Shown here one piece after another: positions 10,641 through 22,647 of a stretch of DNA of 64,000 bases (positions are counted from its first letter, which is position 1; the number at the start of each line of letters is the position of its first letter). The position numbers and the translations under genes are program-made. The notes below the pieces were generated by a model. It saw nothing but the letters and a program-made list of their open reading frames with translations, was not told the DNA's origin and searched no databases. This DNA is from Pelomyxa schiedti (Eukaryota > Protista > Evosea): NCBI GenBank assembly GCA_020536535.1, contig JAHLWZ010000805.1, forward strand, positions 62,001 to 126,000, given 5' to 3'.

Positions 10641-13564
10641 TTACTCTATTCCTTGCATGCGGTTGGATTCTGCAGACTGGCGCTTCTCCAGTACCAGTTG
10701 TAGTGATTTTCGTGTTTGCAAAAATGTGCTTTCTATGACACAGGCCTCTGATTCCAGGAAGGCCGTGCAGGCTGTGAGCTCTTCTCTGTTTGGCTCTGTG
10801 TGGCTGTCACAAAAGTGCAGAGCCTGACACACCATGCTGATTGGTAGGGTTGGGTTGTATGACTTGCATAGGATGAGGAGAGTTTGTGATCGCATGTGTG
10901 GTATCATTTGGTTCATGAGGTATTTCCCGTGGTTGGGCACGGTACCTAAAAGCCTGGGGGTGGAGTTCATTTAGATGACTAGTAAATTAAGTGATAGAAT
11001 GCACCCAAAGTACCTAAAAAACAGGCAGTAGTCATTCAGATTAACAGCTGAGACAACGGACAGTGCGTGAACAACAGCGGGGGCTGACATCAACTGAGGT
11101 GAAAGGTCGGCTATAACCTTGGTCATATCTGTGTATCACTAAGTCAAGGATATAAGGAATGTAAGGCAAACCAGTGGAGGATCTTCTTGAAGCGGTGAAG
11201 AGAACTCGGTAAGCAGCGAACTCCGCTTCATGCTGGCAATGACTAGCATGGACTTGATAGAGGTCAACAAGTTGCATCTGACACTGGTTGAACTCTCCCC
11301 AGTCATTCTGTGGGTGAAAAAAGTTAGATGACTTTTCTTTGCTCTTTGCTACTAACATTTTTCATGGCCAGTCTTGCATGAAGTTCATATACTTTGACGG
11401 TGAATACATTTTGAATATGTTGGACCATCAAGTCCTGTCTGATGCACTTCAGTTGCTCACATATGTAGGTGTAGTCAGGTGTGGAATGTGCGGGTGTTGC
11501 TGTAGATGCTGTTGTGTGGGCAGCGGCTGTTGTGGCAGCACTCCGAAGTTTTTGGAGAATCATTTTAAAGGATTGCTTGAGAACTCCCTCTGGTCGCACA
11601 GATGCGGGGTCAATGTCCTGTAAAGAAATTCACAACTTGTACTTGACATATTACATTATTTTCCAGTTTTATTATTAGTTAGGAGGGGGGAGGATATGTG
11701 GAGTGTAACTGAAGTTGTTCTCAGGTACTGTTTTTCTAAAGACTGTGATGTCCCAACAACCACAGGTGCCTCAGTTACATCATCAAACCCTACCACACCA
11801 CTGGAACTACCACCCCACCCACTTCTATCAATTTGAATTGATGGATGTTTGTCGATATAGAAGCCATTGAATCTGTCTTTGATCTTTGAGGCTGTTGTTG
11901 TTGGTGAATTCTCGGGGTCTGGGTCATCAAAGCCAAACCTCAATTTTCTTTTTTTTCGGCGCTCGGTTTCTTCTGGTGTTTCCCTAAGTTGGCTTAGAAA
12001 AAAAATCTCCTCTGTTGCTGTGAGGCTTACCATTTTTTCTTTTTCGGTTTATCAATTTTATCTTGTTTGGCCAGCTTCTGAAAGGGTTTCATCCCTTTTC
12101 TGCTGAGAAAAGTTTCAATCTTGCTAGGGGAAGGTGATGGCGAAGATGGAGTTGAAGTGGCGGCATCCTGGGAATCAGTTGATTTGGTGCTCCCCGCTTT
12201 CCTACACATTCTTAGTAACCTTTTCCTCAATAAGAATGGTACACACAGTGTAGGTGTAGGCTCTTTGTCCCAATCGCGGGTCCACATGATTTTTTTTGTC
12301 AGAGCATCGGTAATAATGTGTTTGAGCTGAATTTCTGTTTCATTTCGTTGTTCATCAGTAGAACAGGCCTGTTCCAAAGTTAGGAGAATATGGGGAGGCC
12401 TGCAGCCAACCTGGAAACAACGTTCAACGAAAGCACGAAGTTTTGGAGGGAAGTGTTGTGAATCTTCCTTGCTTTCAGTATTTGCTGGTTTTTCTTTTTC
12501 TTTGTCTTTGTCTGGCTTAATCTTTGGTGTTATTGCCACCCTCATCCTGAAGCCCTTTAATAGTAAGGAAAGGCATAAACAAGAAAAAAAAGTCAGATAC
12601 TCACGCAGCCTTGTGTTTTTGCTCAAGTAGCTGTAGTTGGATGGGTGTTAGCTGTGTGTTAGGTTGCTGTAAAACCATCCTAATTGTTTGTTGAGAGAAT
12701 ACATAAGCAAAAGGTGAACCCATACTGGTAATATGGCGAACTTCCGTATGCCCTGATAGAAAAAATAAGAACTAGGGGTTTGTGTTTGGGAAAAAAGAAG
12801 AGGGACCTACTGGTAATAATACGCTTGGAGGGATGCTGTGGCTTGCGCTGGAAACTGTTGTGATCGAGATGCCTGAGATACATCAGGTGTTGCAGGTTGT
12901 GTAACTATTGCAGGTGCGGCAGGAGAAGTATTAGGAAGAGTACTTGGGGAAGGTGTTGTCACATTCTGCGCGGCGTTGGTAGGTGTAGTTACTGCAGGCG
13001 TAGGAGTGGTGGTTTCGCCGCCGGGGGGTGTTTCAGCCGGGGTACCCGTCGAAGCGGCCGGCGTAGGTGATGGCGTGGATGATGTGTGCGTGGTACTAGT
13101 ACTACTACTAGCCGTAGTCGCTTGCTGCGCAGCAGCCCCCCTGCACATACACAGACAAAAGAAATTAGAAAGGTAATATACATGAATAGTGACGAGAGAA
13201 CCAAGGCCAGCCGACCATGGGCTGCTGCTGCTGCGAAACCGCGGCCGCCTGCTGCCCATAGTACCAATTATAGTACGCCGCGTACTGCTGCTGTTGCTGC
13301 TGCTGATACTGCAGTTGCTGCTGGTACTGCGCCGCCATCGCGGCCGTCGCGGGGCTCGCCGTGGGCGACTGGGCCGGCGAGAGAGGCGCCGCCGTGCTCG
13401 TGGCAGGAGATGTCGCAGCCGCAGTCGCCGGCGCCGCTGCGGGGGTCACTCCCTGCACCATTGGTCTCTGTTGCTGTTGCTGCTGTTGTGCGTAGGCTGC
13501 CCAGTACATGTTTTGTTGTTGCTGTTGAAACTGTTGCTGTTGTTGTTGTAGCTGGAGCTGCTGT

Positions 13565-13596
<32 letters not shown>

Positions 13597-13737
13597 TTGC
13601 TGTTGTTGTTGTTGGAGCTGTTGGGCGAAACCGTACCGAGAGGTGGTGGTGCCTATCGTGAAAGAAACACGGGTGGGTGGTGGTGGTTGCTGCGCGACGG
13701 GTGCCGCGGCAGCCGAAGTTGTCGCCACAGGTTGCAT
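10641..13737 (-). CDS. LENG8: SAC3/GANP-domain protein, LENG8/Thp3 type, with Gln/Ala/Pro-rich N-terminus
   Basis: [95 protein letters not shown]. The start codon is tentative. Confidence 0.85.
13513..13623 (-). repeat. CAG/CAA trinucleotide repeat encoding a poly-Gln tract in the LENG8-like gene
   Basis: Long (gtt/gct)n run on the + strand; translates as QQLQQQQ...QQFQQQQQ on the minus strand. Confidence 0.95.
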
Positions 13738-14875
13738 CACTTTGTATTGTATGTTTTGTTTTTTTTTCTTTTCTTTTCTTTCTTTTTCTTCTGATCTACA
13801 AGTAGATCAGCGGTTCTTTGGACCGACCGTACTCGTGGGCGCAGAGTACATGGTAAGGGTGGCACTTGCAGGTTCTGGCAGTGTCCGAGACTGCAAGGAT
13901 GTAGATCCTGTTGATCACAATAACGAAAAAGGCAGGACCAAAGAAAAAAACGGTACAGGCTTTAAAAGCGACACCATCAGAAATGCGTCACTTGCATATG
14001 TTGGGGACAGTTGTTGGGAGGGATGTTGATGTAAACGTAGTAGTAGCGAAGACTCTGTGACGTAGGAACAACAGTGTTATGGCAATTAACATTACTGAAT
14101 CGTTGATCAAGTATCAACGTTCTTGCAATGAGAGATCCAGCTAACAATTTACAGGTATTTATGACATGTCCTTTCTTTCTTTTTTTTTTATGATGAAGGA
14201 CATGGAATACAGGAGTTGGGATATAACTGTAGTTTCATCCAGTGTTTCTAAGGTCTAAACGTGCAGTTCCCATTGGCAATGTACTAACAAATCTTTAGAA
14301 TCCCCGATTTTTTCCCTTCTCAACTGTACCCCTCCAGCCAGCATTGTCCTGTGGCAAATACGTACACATTTTATTGGCAAACCTGGATTTATGGTACCCG
14401 TACTCCATAACTGGCGCCAAATGGGAGGTTCTTGTCACTACACAGTGTTGTGGGAGGTAGAGAGACTGCCCTCTACTGCACCACTTGACAAAACACTGAC
14501 GTTAGATAGTCAGTGTTTTAGTGTGTAGGCTTCAGGGAATGTAAGCAGTGATGGAAAGACTTTTGTTGTGTAAACGAATTTAAGAAATGCCCAGTTGTGG
14601 GCTTACCCCCTCCTCACACACCCTCTCTCACTCTCAACACTTGATGGAAGAAAACAAAGACCCAGCGTTGCAACACCAAGTTTTTTCCCCAATCAAAAAC
14701 TTTTTTAGTCTGTTCATGAACCCCAGCTTCTGAGCCCTGCCCCTTCCTTCTTGAGAGGAGTTGTAGCGAGGGTGTGGTGAAGTGCTGGCGCTGCTGCCAG
14801 TGATCCACCCACAATCACATGCGTGCAACCACCCTCCTCCGTGGTTTTGCGATAAAGTAGCCAAAAACAATATTT

Positions 14876-17800
14876 TTAACAGGCTTCTGCATCGGTACAG
14901 ACACCAGAACAGTACTGAACAACGTAGCCAGTCTCAAGAAACCGGGTGACTTGTTGTTGTCCAGCTGGTTCCCTGTGTTTTGGTAAGAATCGCACCAGCT
15001 CACTATTATTTGTAGTAGTAGTAGTAGTTCTTGTTTTTTATCTTAAGAAACTTTCGTCTACTATTTACACCATGTGAGGAGGAACTAGGACATACTGTTG
15101 TGGGCACATATGCACCATAGGGGCATCCTTATCCGCTGGAGCACTGACATCTGGCAGAGCCGGGACATCCTCATACTTCCATTCCACCATCCAGACACCA
15201 TTGTCCGGGGGAGGACAACAAGTGGGACGGGCCTCAGCCAACGGCCACACATCCCGATAAGCCGGATATATCAGGGTTGCATTGAGGGAACGGGCGTAGA
15301 AGTGGGTTGCATGGTTGCAGACAACTGGGTCATCAATGGCGGCTGAGGGAGTGAGGGAGGAAGGATGGAAGGAAGACGGGTTGTAATGGGATGGATAATG
15401 CGTGTTGTAAGTGTGGAGAAAGTTTACCTTGAATGAGGATAGGCTTATCCAGAGTATTCAGCCATCCTCCAACTTCGCCAGCATCCCAAATGATCTGGAG
15501 AGCATTAGCACTAAAAGAAAAAAACGTGAGAGAACCTGAAACACACTAAGCATAAGGCGTATGTCCCGTTGATCATAAAACAAGAAATTGATCATTATGG
15601 TATTGAAAATTTTGAACATTGAACTTCTTGGCAGTATAAGAGCAAATGGGGACCCTGCTACATTCGTAATTCCATGGTCCAACATGTCAGAAAGGGCAAT
15701 ATATGCTCCCCCAAGAATTCCACCTTCAGAATTTCCTTGAAAAGGTGTTAAAGTTTTGTGGAATTGGAAGAGTAAACCATAAAACCCAAATGCTGTTGGG
15801 TCAATTAAGGATTCCTCTGACACCTAATACCCAAACCCTAAACAATGCGTAAAGCTACATATTGAAGCATACTTGCAGTTCAGGTTCCCGAAGCATCTAT
15901 ATAATGTAAAGAAAAAAGGTATGGGGAAGATGCAGAATTGTGCAAACCTGATTTGTCATTAAATGGGTCATGAGGTTGGCATTTATAAAGGCTTGTTGTG
16001 TGCATTCAACAATGGAAACAAAATTGTCGGGATCGTTGAAGAGTATGTTCGAAAATACTAATAGATCAAGTCTTGAGAACCCATACCAGTCAACTGCATA
16101 TGTTATCCACTGATTTCTGATGTCGGTGGGCATGTTTATCAGTAGCAAAAGAAATACTTGTAAGCAAGATCTCTAATCCAAGACGCCTGAATTTCCGATC
16201 GATCCACTATTAGATGTTAGTACAATAAATTGAAAAAGGAGTATACTTAGCATGCTGTGGCCATATTGCATGATAAAGGATGGAGAAGGATTAAGAAGAA
16301 TACTGCAAGGCACTTCAATAAGGAATTGCACTTTTAGAGTTTCCCCTAGTGTCTGAATTGTCTGCTCACCAGGTCTGGAAATTAATCTTCCTCCACGATT
16401 TTTGGTAACAAACTTTGGTGCCTCAAAGAAACCTTTGGATAACCAGTTAACATTCAGTGCCTTGAAAGTGGATGTAGACCCCATATAGATTTTCCAATGT
16501 TTGACACGTTCGATTTGCACTCAGAGTTGTCGACACGTTCGATCGTGTATTGAAGAGAAGAATACAATGTTGCAGACTCTTGCAGCATTAGTTTTGCTCT
16601 TCCAAGACTATAGTCCTCACTGATCTATACTGGTGTTAGGGTTTCCAGCATCACTCAAGGCTATTATCGTACTGTTACAAAGTCCCAGGCAAGGAGTACT
16701 TCGTCGTCTGTCCACCCATCATCGTGCAAGAAAGCGAGAACCTGTGAATTCAGGTACTCCCACTCATCCCCAGTTTGATTTGTCATCACAGAATTGAAAT
16801 GGGGGGATCTCAGAATTTGCTCACCAGAATTAGAAATCAGGCCGCGAATCCCCATCACATACCTGGAGTTTTTTATTTATTGTATGGTGCTAAAAGAGTG
16901 GACACCTTGTTCCATGACTAAGGGCTTGTGCAGGTTGAATGATAAGTAGCGGATGCTCCTCATCCATTCCATCAAGTTCAACCCAATGTGCAACTCTCTT
17001 TCGAGTTGTTGTGTCTATGAGTACAGTTGTAGCATTGGGGTCAGTGTAATTCTCTGGATTTGCAGCTGTGATTGTCCCATTTGTGGATACATCTTCAAAG
17101 AAGCAAAGCAGAGGACCAGTGGTGGAAAATCCATCCATCTCGTTGAAAACATCAACCCCGATATGACTGAAGTGGAGTGCCTTGAGCAACGGAGTTGATT
17201 TTTCACCCAATGCAAGTTTCCATCCACTAGGTGTAGTGTTGTCAAGTTTCATGTAAAATGTTGATGGAAACGGGAGCATGCAGACCCCAGGATCATTTTC
17301 ATTGCATGTTGCGTAACAGTCAGGGTCTTGGTCCGAACATTTCCCGTGATCAGTGAACATCCCAATGACTGGCCCAGCAGTCACAATGATGACTGTACAT
17401 ACTAAAGCCACAGCAAAAAGTATAAAAATAACAATCACACAGCAGTGTAGCCGGGAGTAGGTTTTACAACACTTGTGTCTACACTTCTGGCAACGAGTAG
17501 TTTCTTTATTGTGATCGGGTTCCTCAAGGTGAATTTTGGAAAGAGTGCAAGAAAACGCACATGCCACAATGCACATGGTTATTGCAACAAACTGAACAAC
17601 AGCAGCAAAGATGTTGACAGAAAAGGAAGCAATGCAAACTGCATGGAACTCTTTCCAGTCTTCACATACTTGGCCATCGGGCTCCTCTGCGAACCACACA
17701 GATATGCCCATGGAGATGATAGCAAAAGCAGAAGACAGTAGTATATCAAACAATCCCCAAATTGCTGAAACTGCTACAGTGCAAGGTGATACATGAGGAG

Positions 17801-18176
17801 ATAAGAAAACAGGGGACTTTGGAGCATTGTCATCCATATCATAGCTAGCATCATTTGCCCCAGGAAATTCCTCAGCCAGTCTCTGGAATCCAGCATTTTT
17901 GGAATTTGCCCTTTTCAGTCGCTGCCTTTTCTCGATCTCCTTCTCGGAATCCCCCGGCTGCCTTTGGGTGACACGGGTGGGACTAGATGTGGCCAGAGCG
18001 ACGCTCCCATTGACAGTCATTGAGATTACACCCAAAAATCCAGGTATACATGCGACCCACACACGGCCCGTGACGAACCAAGTTATGAAAGCCACAAGAA
18101 GGCCTCGACTGAGACCCACAATTGAGGCGATGGTGTGCATTATCGTGTTGACTGCAAATACCGGACCCAGTTTCAT
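14876..18176 (-). CDS. Multi-TM-anchored protein with a bacterial-type alpha/beta-hydrolase (lipase-like) ectodomain
   Basis: About five hydrophobic segments, then CMLPFPSTFY..NEMDGFSTTGP..HWVELD..LIIQPAQALSHGTR|YVMGIRGL..LAWDFVT..QYGH..AVDWYGFS..GNSEGGILG (GxSxG) ..QQVTRFLETGYVVQYCSGVC-stop. This series of motifs recalls an actinobacterial/myxobacterial secreted hydrolase family. Confidence 0.7.
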
Positions 18177-18672
18177 CCGGCTCTTTCTGTTTGGTTTCCC
18201 CACCCCCAAAGCATCGTGTTTCCAGTTATTCGGCGCCGAGAGGACGAAAAAAAAAAATAAAAGTGAAGAACAAAGTATGGGAGGAATTACGTGGCGCCAT
18301 TGGGAAGAAGTGGGAAGTCGACATCGTCAGAGGCGGAAGGAGATGCCTTCATCAGTGTGTCGTTCTAGTTTGTTTTGGGGAATACTGTTTTTCATAATAA
18401 TTTTGGTCCTTCGTCGAAGATCTCACTGCAGAAGCACTTCTGATTTCGAAATCCCAGACCACGGGGGTTGGAGTACGCACATCTGTACGTTGAGGATTGT
18501 CCCTGGGCATTGTTGCAACCGCAGTACCTTTTTTCCGGAAACAACCTGCAGGATCCATTAGTTGAAAATCTCGTTGTCCTCCATTGAACACCCAACAAAA
18601 AGAAAAAATAAGTAACCAAAAAAACCATCTTCAATGTTGCTACTGGCTAGCTGTTGGTGTGCCTTCCTCATT

Positions 18673-21600
18673 ATGGGAGACCACGCCGTGTCCCACCGGC
18701 GTACCGCCACGTCTTTATCTCCCGCCTTCCTCAGTCTTTATCTCCTCGCCGCGCTCGTCCTCTCCGTTTCCTTCTCGTCTGCGGCGACCTGCTCCATCGG
18801 CGGGGCGCTTTCCGTGAACGCGACGGTCGGCGACCAATCGACGTCGGCCGCAGTCGCGTGCGGCGTGCCGATCGGCGACTTCGCCGACGGGGTTTCGTCG
18901 GGAATCGCGGTCGGCGACGAAGACGACGGCTCCGTGCTTTTCAGCTGGTACGTCTCGCCCCACGAGTCCTCGGTCTCGGCCTACGGCGTCGTGGACTGTG
19001 ACTTGGCCAGATCTCTTGCCCCGCCGTACAGTGCCACGTGGGTCACAAGCTCGCCGGAATCGCTGGTCGGGCTTACTATTATGGGACTGAATGCCAGCGG
19101 AATAGCGCCGGTCGACGGCTGCGATGACCCCGGAAATTTTACCGTTTCATTCGACTGCTCGGCTGACGTCCTGTTCCAGTTCAAGATAACATTCGCTTTC
19201 ACGGAATTAGATGCAACTGCTACTACCGCTTCTGTTTCCACTTCTTCTTCGTTATCTGATGTAGTTTTTCCTGATGTATCAATCACTACTTTTGTGTTCA
19301 ATTGGCAATGCACAGAGCCAGGCTGCACGACCTACTGTGCCGAACACGGCACTTGCCACTATGCAATGGGTGTGTGTGAATGCAACGAAGGGTGGCTTGG
19401 GGATTCATGTGGTGTGATGTTTGTAAGGGACCCTCCTGGATCAACTTATTGCCCGGACGATTCCATTCAAGTGACCTGGGATATTCCGTGAGTCTTCACC
19501 CTCCTTTTACTATTACATGATGACATAGAACTACTCCTTATTGCATTTTAGGGCTTCTATATATGGGCAAGATGGGGCTGTGAATGGAATGTGGTACGGC
19601 ACAACTTACACAACATCCTATGTATACACGGAAGTGGTTTATTTTATAGGGTGGGGAAGCATAAAAGCTGATGATAGTACACCGGGTTACGGTGAGGAAT
19701 CCACAGGGACAAACTACATGATGGGCTACTATTCTCCTGGGACTGTGCGCCTAAAAATTGGAAGTGACACAACAAGTACATTATATTGGACAGAACTCCT
19801 GGAAATACTTAGCTGGGAGGATTGTGGCTATAATTCGACATGTGGAGATGATACCAGCAACACCTGCGGTGAAGAAAGCGGTTGGGGACAGTGCAATAAC
19901 GGTGTTTGTGAATGCAACAGTGGTCATTACTGGTATGACTGTTCGAGAGGTTGTGACGCAATGACGGTCTTGACGGGCAACAATGGCGTTTTTGAAAGTG
20001 ATTCGAATTACAAGCCACAACGAATGCATTACATCACAGCTGTAGAGTGCTGGTGGGATATTCATCCAACCGAGGATTATGATGACATCGAGTTTGGAAT
20101 TCCTTTGTTTGATCTAGCATTTGATGACTACGTCAACTTCTATGCTGTTGATGAGTACGGAAATTATTCTGAACCTGAAGTTACAATGTATGGAGACAGT
20201 GACATCCAAACTGTAAAAATGACCTCAAAGCGAGTGTTTGTGCAGTTTGTTTCCAACATCCAAAACACTCGTGTTGGTTTCAGCCTAAACTACACCACTA
20301 CTGTAGTCCCTCTCCCTGGGTGGGCGTATTTCTTGATGGCTATGGGAGGAGCAATTGTCATTGCTATAGTTGCTATTATTAGCGCTGTGAGAGTCAGCTA
20401 TGTTATGAAACAAAGACAGATTCGAAGAGAACAAGCACTTAACATGCCACCAGAAATCCTTCCTTACGATAAGGAAGCCGAGATAAAACTCAAGTATATT
20501 GCGCCAGATCCAAATCTTCTGGCCAGCCAGCTGGAAGAATTTGGTGTTCAGCTAGCGAAGTTGTCATTCAATTTTAATTTGGCATCTTCTGACGCTTTCC
20601 CGGTAAACCAAGTTATGAATGAAGACATATGGATAGCAAACCTGGCTACACATAACCTCAAATTCTGTTTCTACATTCCTGAGACGTTAGCAGGAAAGTT
20701 CGCAATAAGGCCAGGGCAAGGTGTAATATCACCTGGTAAAGTTACCGAAATCAAGATCGAATTCACGCTCCTGTACACAACCCACTTCTCGCACTGTATA
20801 AACCTCGAGCTAAGCTTCAAGGATGAATCAATGACTGTTCCTTTCATTCTTGACTTGGAAGGCGCAGTCTCTGACAGACTGGATCCTGAAGAGTTTGAAA
20901 ACTATCAAGTTATGGCTGAAGGAACATATAGGTATCTCAAAACTTATGTAATTGTACCTGATGGAAATACACAGTACTGTCTTCAAAGTTACGTACCGCT
21001 CCCAACCTCTTGCGGTGAAAGTGCTGAAACAGCAAGATGAAGAGGCTAAAAAGAGTTTTGAAAAGGAATGTATGCTGCTGCAACAAATAAGACATCGATA
21101 TATAGTGTCTTTTGTTGGTGCTTCCTGGGTACCAGGTTAATATTCCTCTATTTTCCCAAAGTGACTTGAATATAGGAAAATACAGTATTTGCACTGAACT
21201 TCTAGAGAAGGGCTCGATTAAGAAGTTCCTTCATGATGAAAAGAATGTTGTATCATATCCTCTTATCCTAAAATTTGCAAGCAATGTTGCCGAGGCCATG
21301 GCCTACCTTCACAGCAATAAAATTCTGTATAGTACGTCTCTACTGACAACATTTATCCACAATTCTAACGCGAACTCAGGAGACTTGAAATGCGCCAATA
21401 TACTTCTTGTTTCAACAGCAATAAATGCTCCCGTTAACTGCAAACTGACAGGTAGACTAGTTTAAAATTTGAATTTTCCTAATTTGGCCAAGATTTTGGC
21501 ACATCCCGAGCTGTCGACGATGCAGATACCCCTGCAAATCACACACATGGTTTGGGAACTCCCATTTTTATGGTTGAACATCTCCTCTAAGCTTGGTGGG

Positions 21601-22300
21601 TACTAAATTAAAAAAAAAGGCACCAGAAATGTTGGCAGCTGATATGTACTCTTCTAAAGCTGATGTATTCAGTTATGGAGTGGTTCTTTGGGAAATGTTA
21701 TGCAGGCAGACCCCATGGGCAGATGTGAGTGTGTTTGAGTTTCCTGACATGGTTAAGTCGGGAAGACGCCTTCCAATTCCATCAAATTGTCCACCTGGCT
21801 TATCAAAACTTATGACACAGTGCTGGGAACATGACCCGGCTCAGCGGCCAGACTTTGTAACCATAGCCAGTGACATCAGTGCTCTCTGCACTACAGAAAT
21901 CAAGACCGAAGAAGACGAATACAGCCCCGCAGCATACAAAGATAAAGGTGGTCACCTGACAGCCCGCGGCTTGTCCATGCGAGCCAAAACTATGACAGCT
22001 CGCTCTACACCAAGAACAAGGCCTGGAACCATGACATCAAGCGGGACAAACAGAACCAACAGCTCACAAGGTTCACAGCTGGATTCAGCAGCCCGCAAGG
22101 CCGAAATGGAAAAGCAAGTGGAGGATGATGCATCCAAGTTTAAGCACATTGACCTTCAGAGACAGGGCAAGACACTGGCACTCTACAAGCCGTCAAGTGG
22201 AACAGCAACAAGTGTGGGGAGTGTATCAGGTGCTAGTAATGGAAGCACAACTCTATCTGACAAAAGCAAAACTGAAAATTCTCTTTCCAGCAACAACTAA
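18673..22300 (+). CDS. Receptor-type TKL kinase 1: signal peptide, EGF, Ig-like, EGF, CUB, TM, cytosolic MSP/Ig-like domain, kinase
   Basis: EGF CAEHGTCHYAMGVCECNEGWLGDSC; CUB ..VECWWDIHP..GFSLNY; TM WAYFLMAMGGAIVIAIVAIISAV; SDRLDPEE; LAVKVLK, YLHSNKILY|RDLKCAN, |DFGTSR, GTPIFM|APE, KADVFSYGVVLWE. An alternative ATG lies at 18634. Confidence 0.9.
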
Positions 22301-22647
22301 CACAACAGCAACTTTGTCAATCCCACCAGAAAACAAGACACCCACCAGAAAAAGTCAAAACAGAATTGTACAGTTTATCCCTTGTCGATTTTTTTTGGAT
22401 TTCTTTTGCAACATCAACTTCTCGGCTACCTGTTAAAGTGTGCATCAAGGTTCTTAAACGGAAATGAAAAGAATACCCCTTGCGCTACCGATTTTCCTTG
22501 CGGTGAACTCTTACTGTGAAACTCTTTTTTTCGTTTTCCGAACTTGACAAGTGAGCGGTACAAAGCTCGCGCCGCGAAACCCCTTCCTGCCCAACACCAA
22601 CACCGACACCTACACAGGCATTGTGGGACGATAAAAACCCACCCATC

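Noticed and set aside
13189-13794. Poly-Leu/Arg ORFs on the + strand
   Set aside because: Antisense reading of the poly-Gln/Ala tract of the LENG8-like gene.
14190-14270. ATGATGA as a snoRNA box C
   Set aside because: No box D (CTGA) or terminal stem at a suitable distance.
14490-14519. Perfect 11-bp inverted repeat (AAAACACTGAC / GTCAGTGTTTT) with an 8-nt loop
   Set aside because: A single short hairpin with no ncRNA, MITE or terminator context; compatible with chance.
16502-16543. Short direct repeat GACACGTTCGAT with a tRNA T-loop-like GTTCGA
   Set aside because: No cloverleaf can be formed; it lies within the hydrolase gene.
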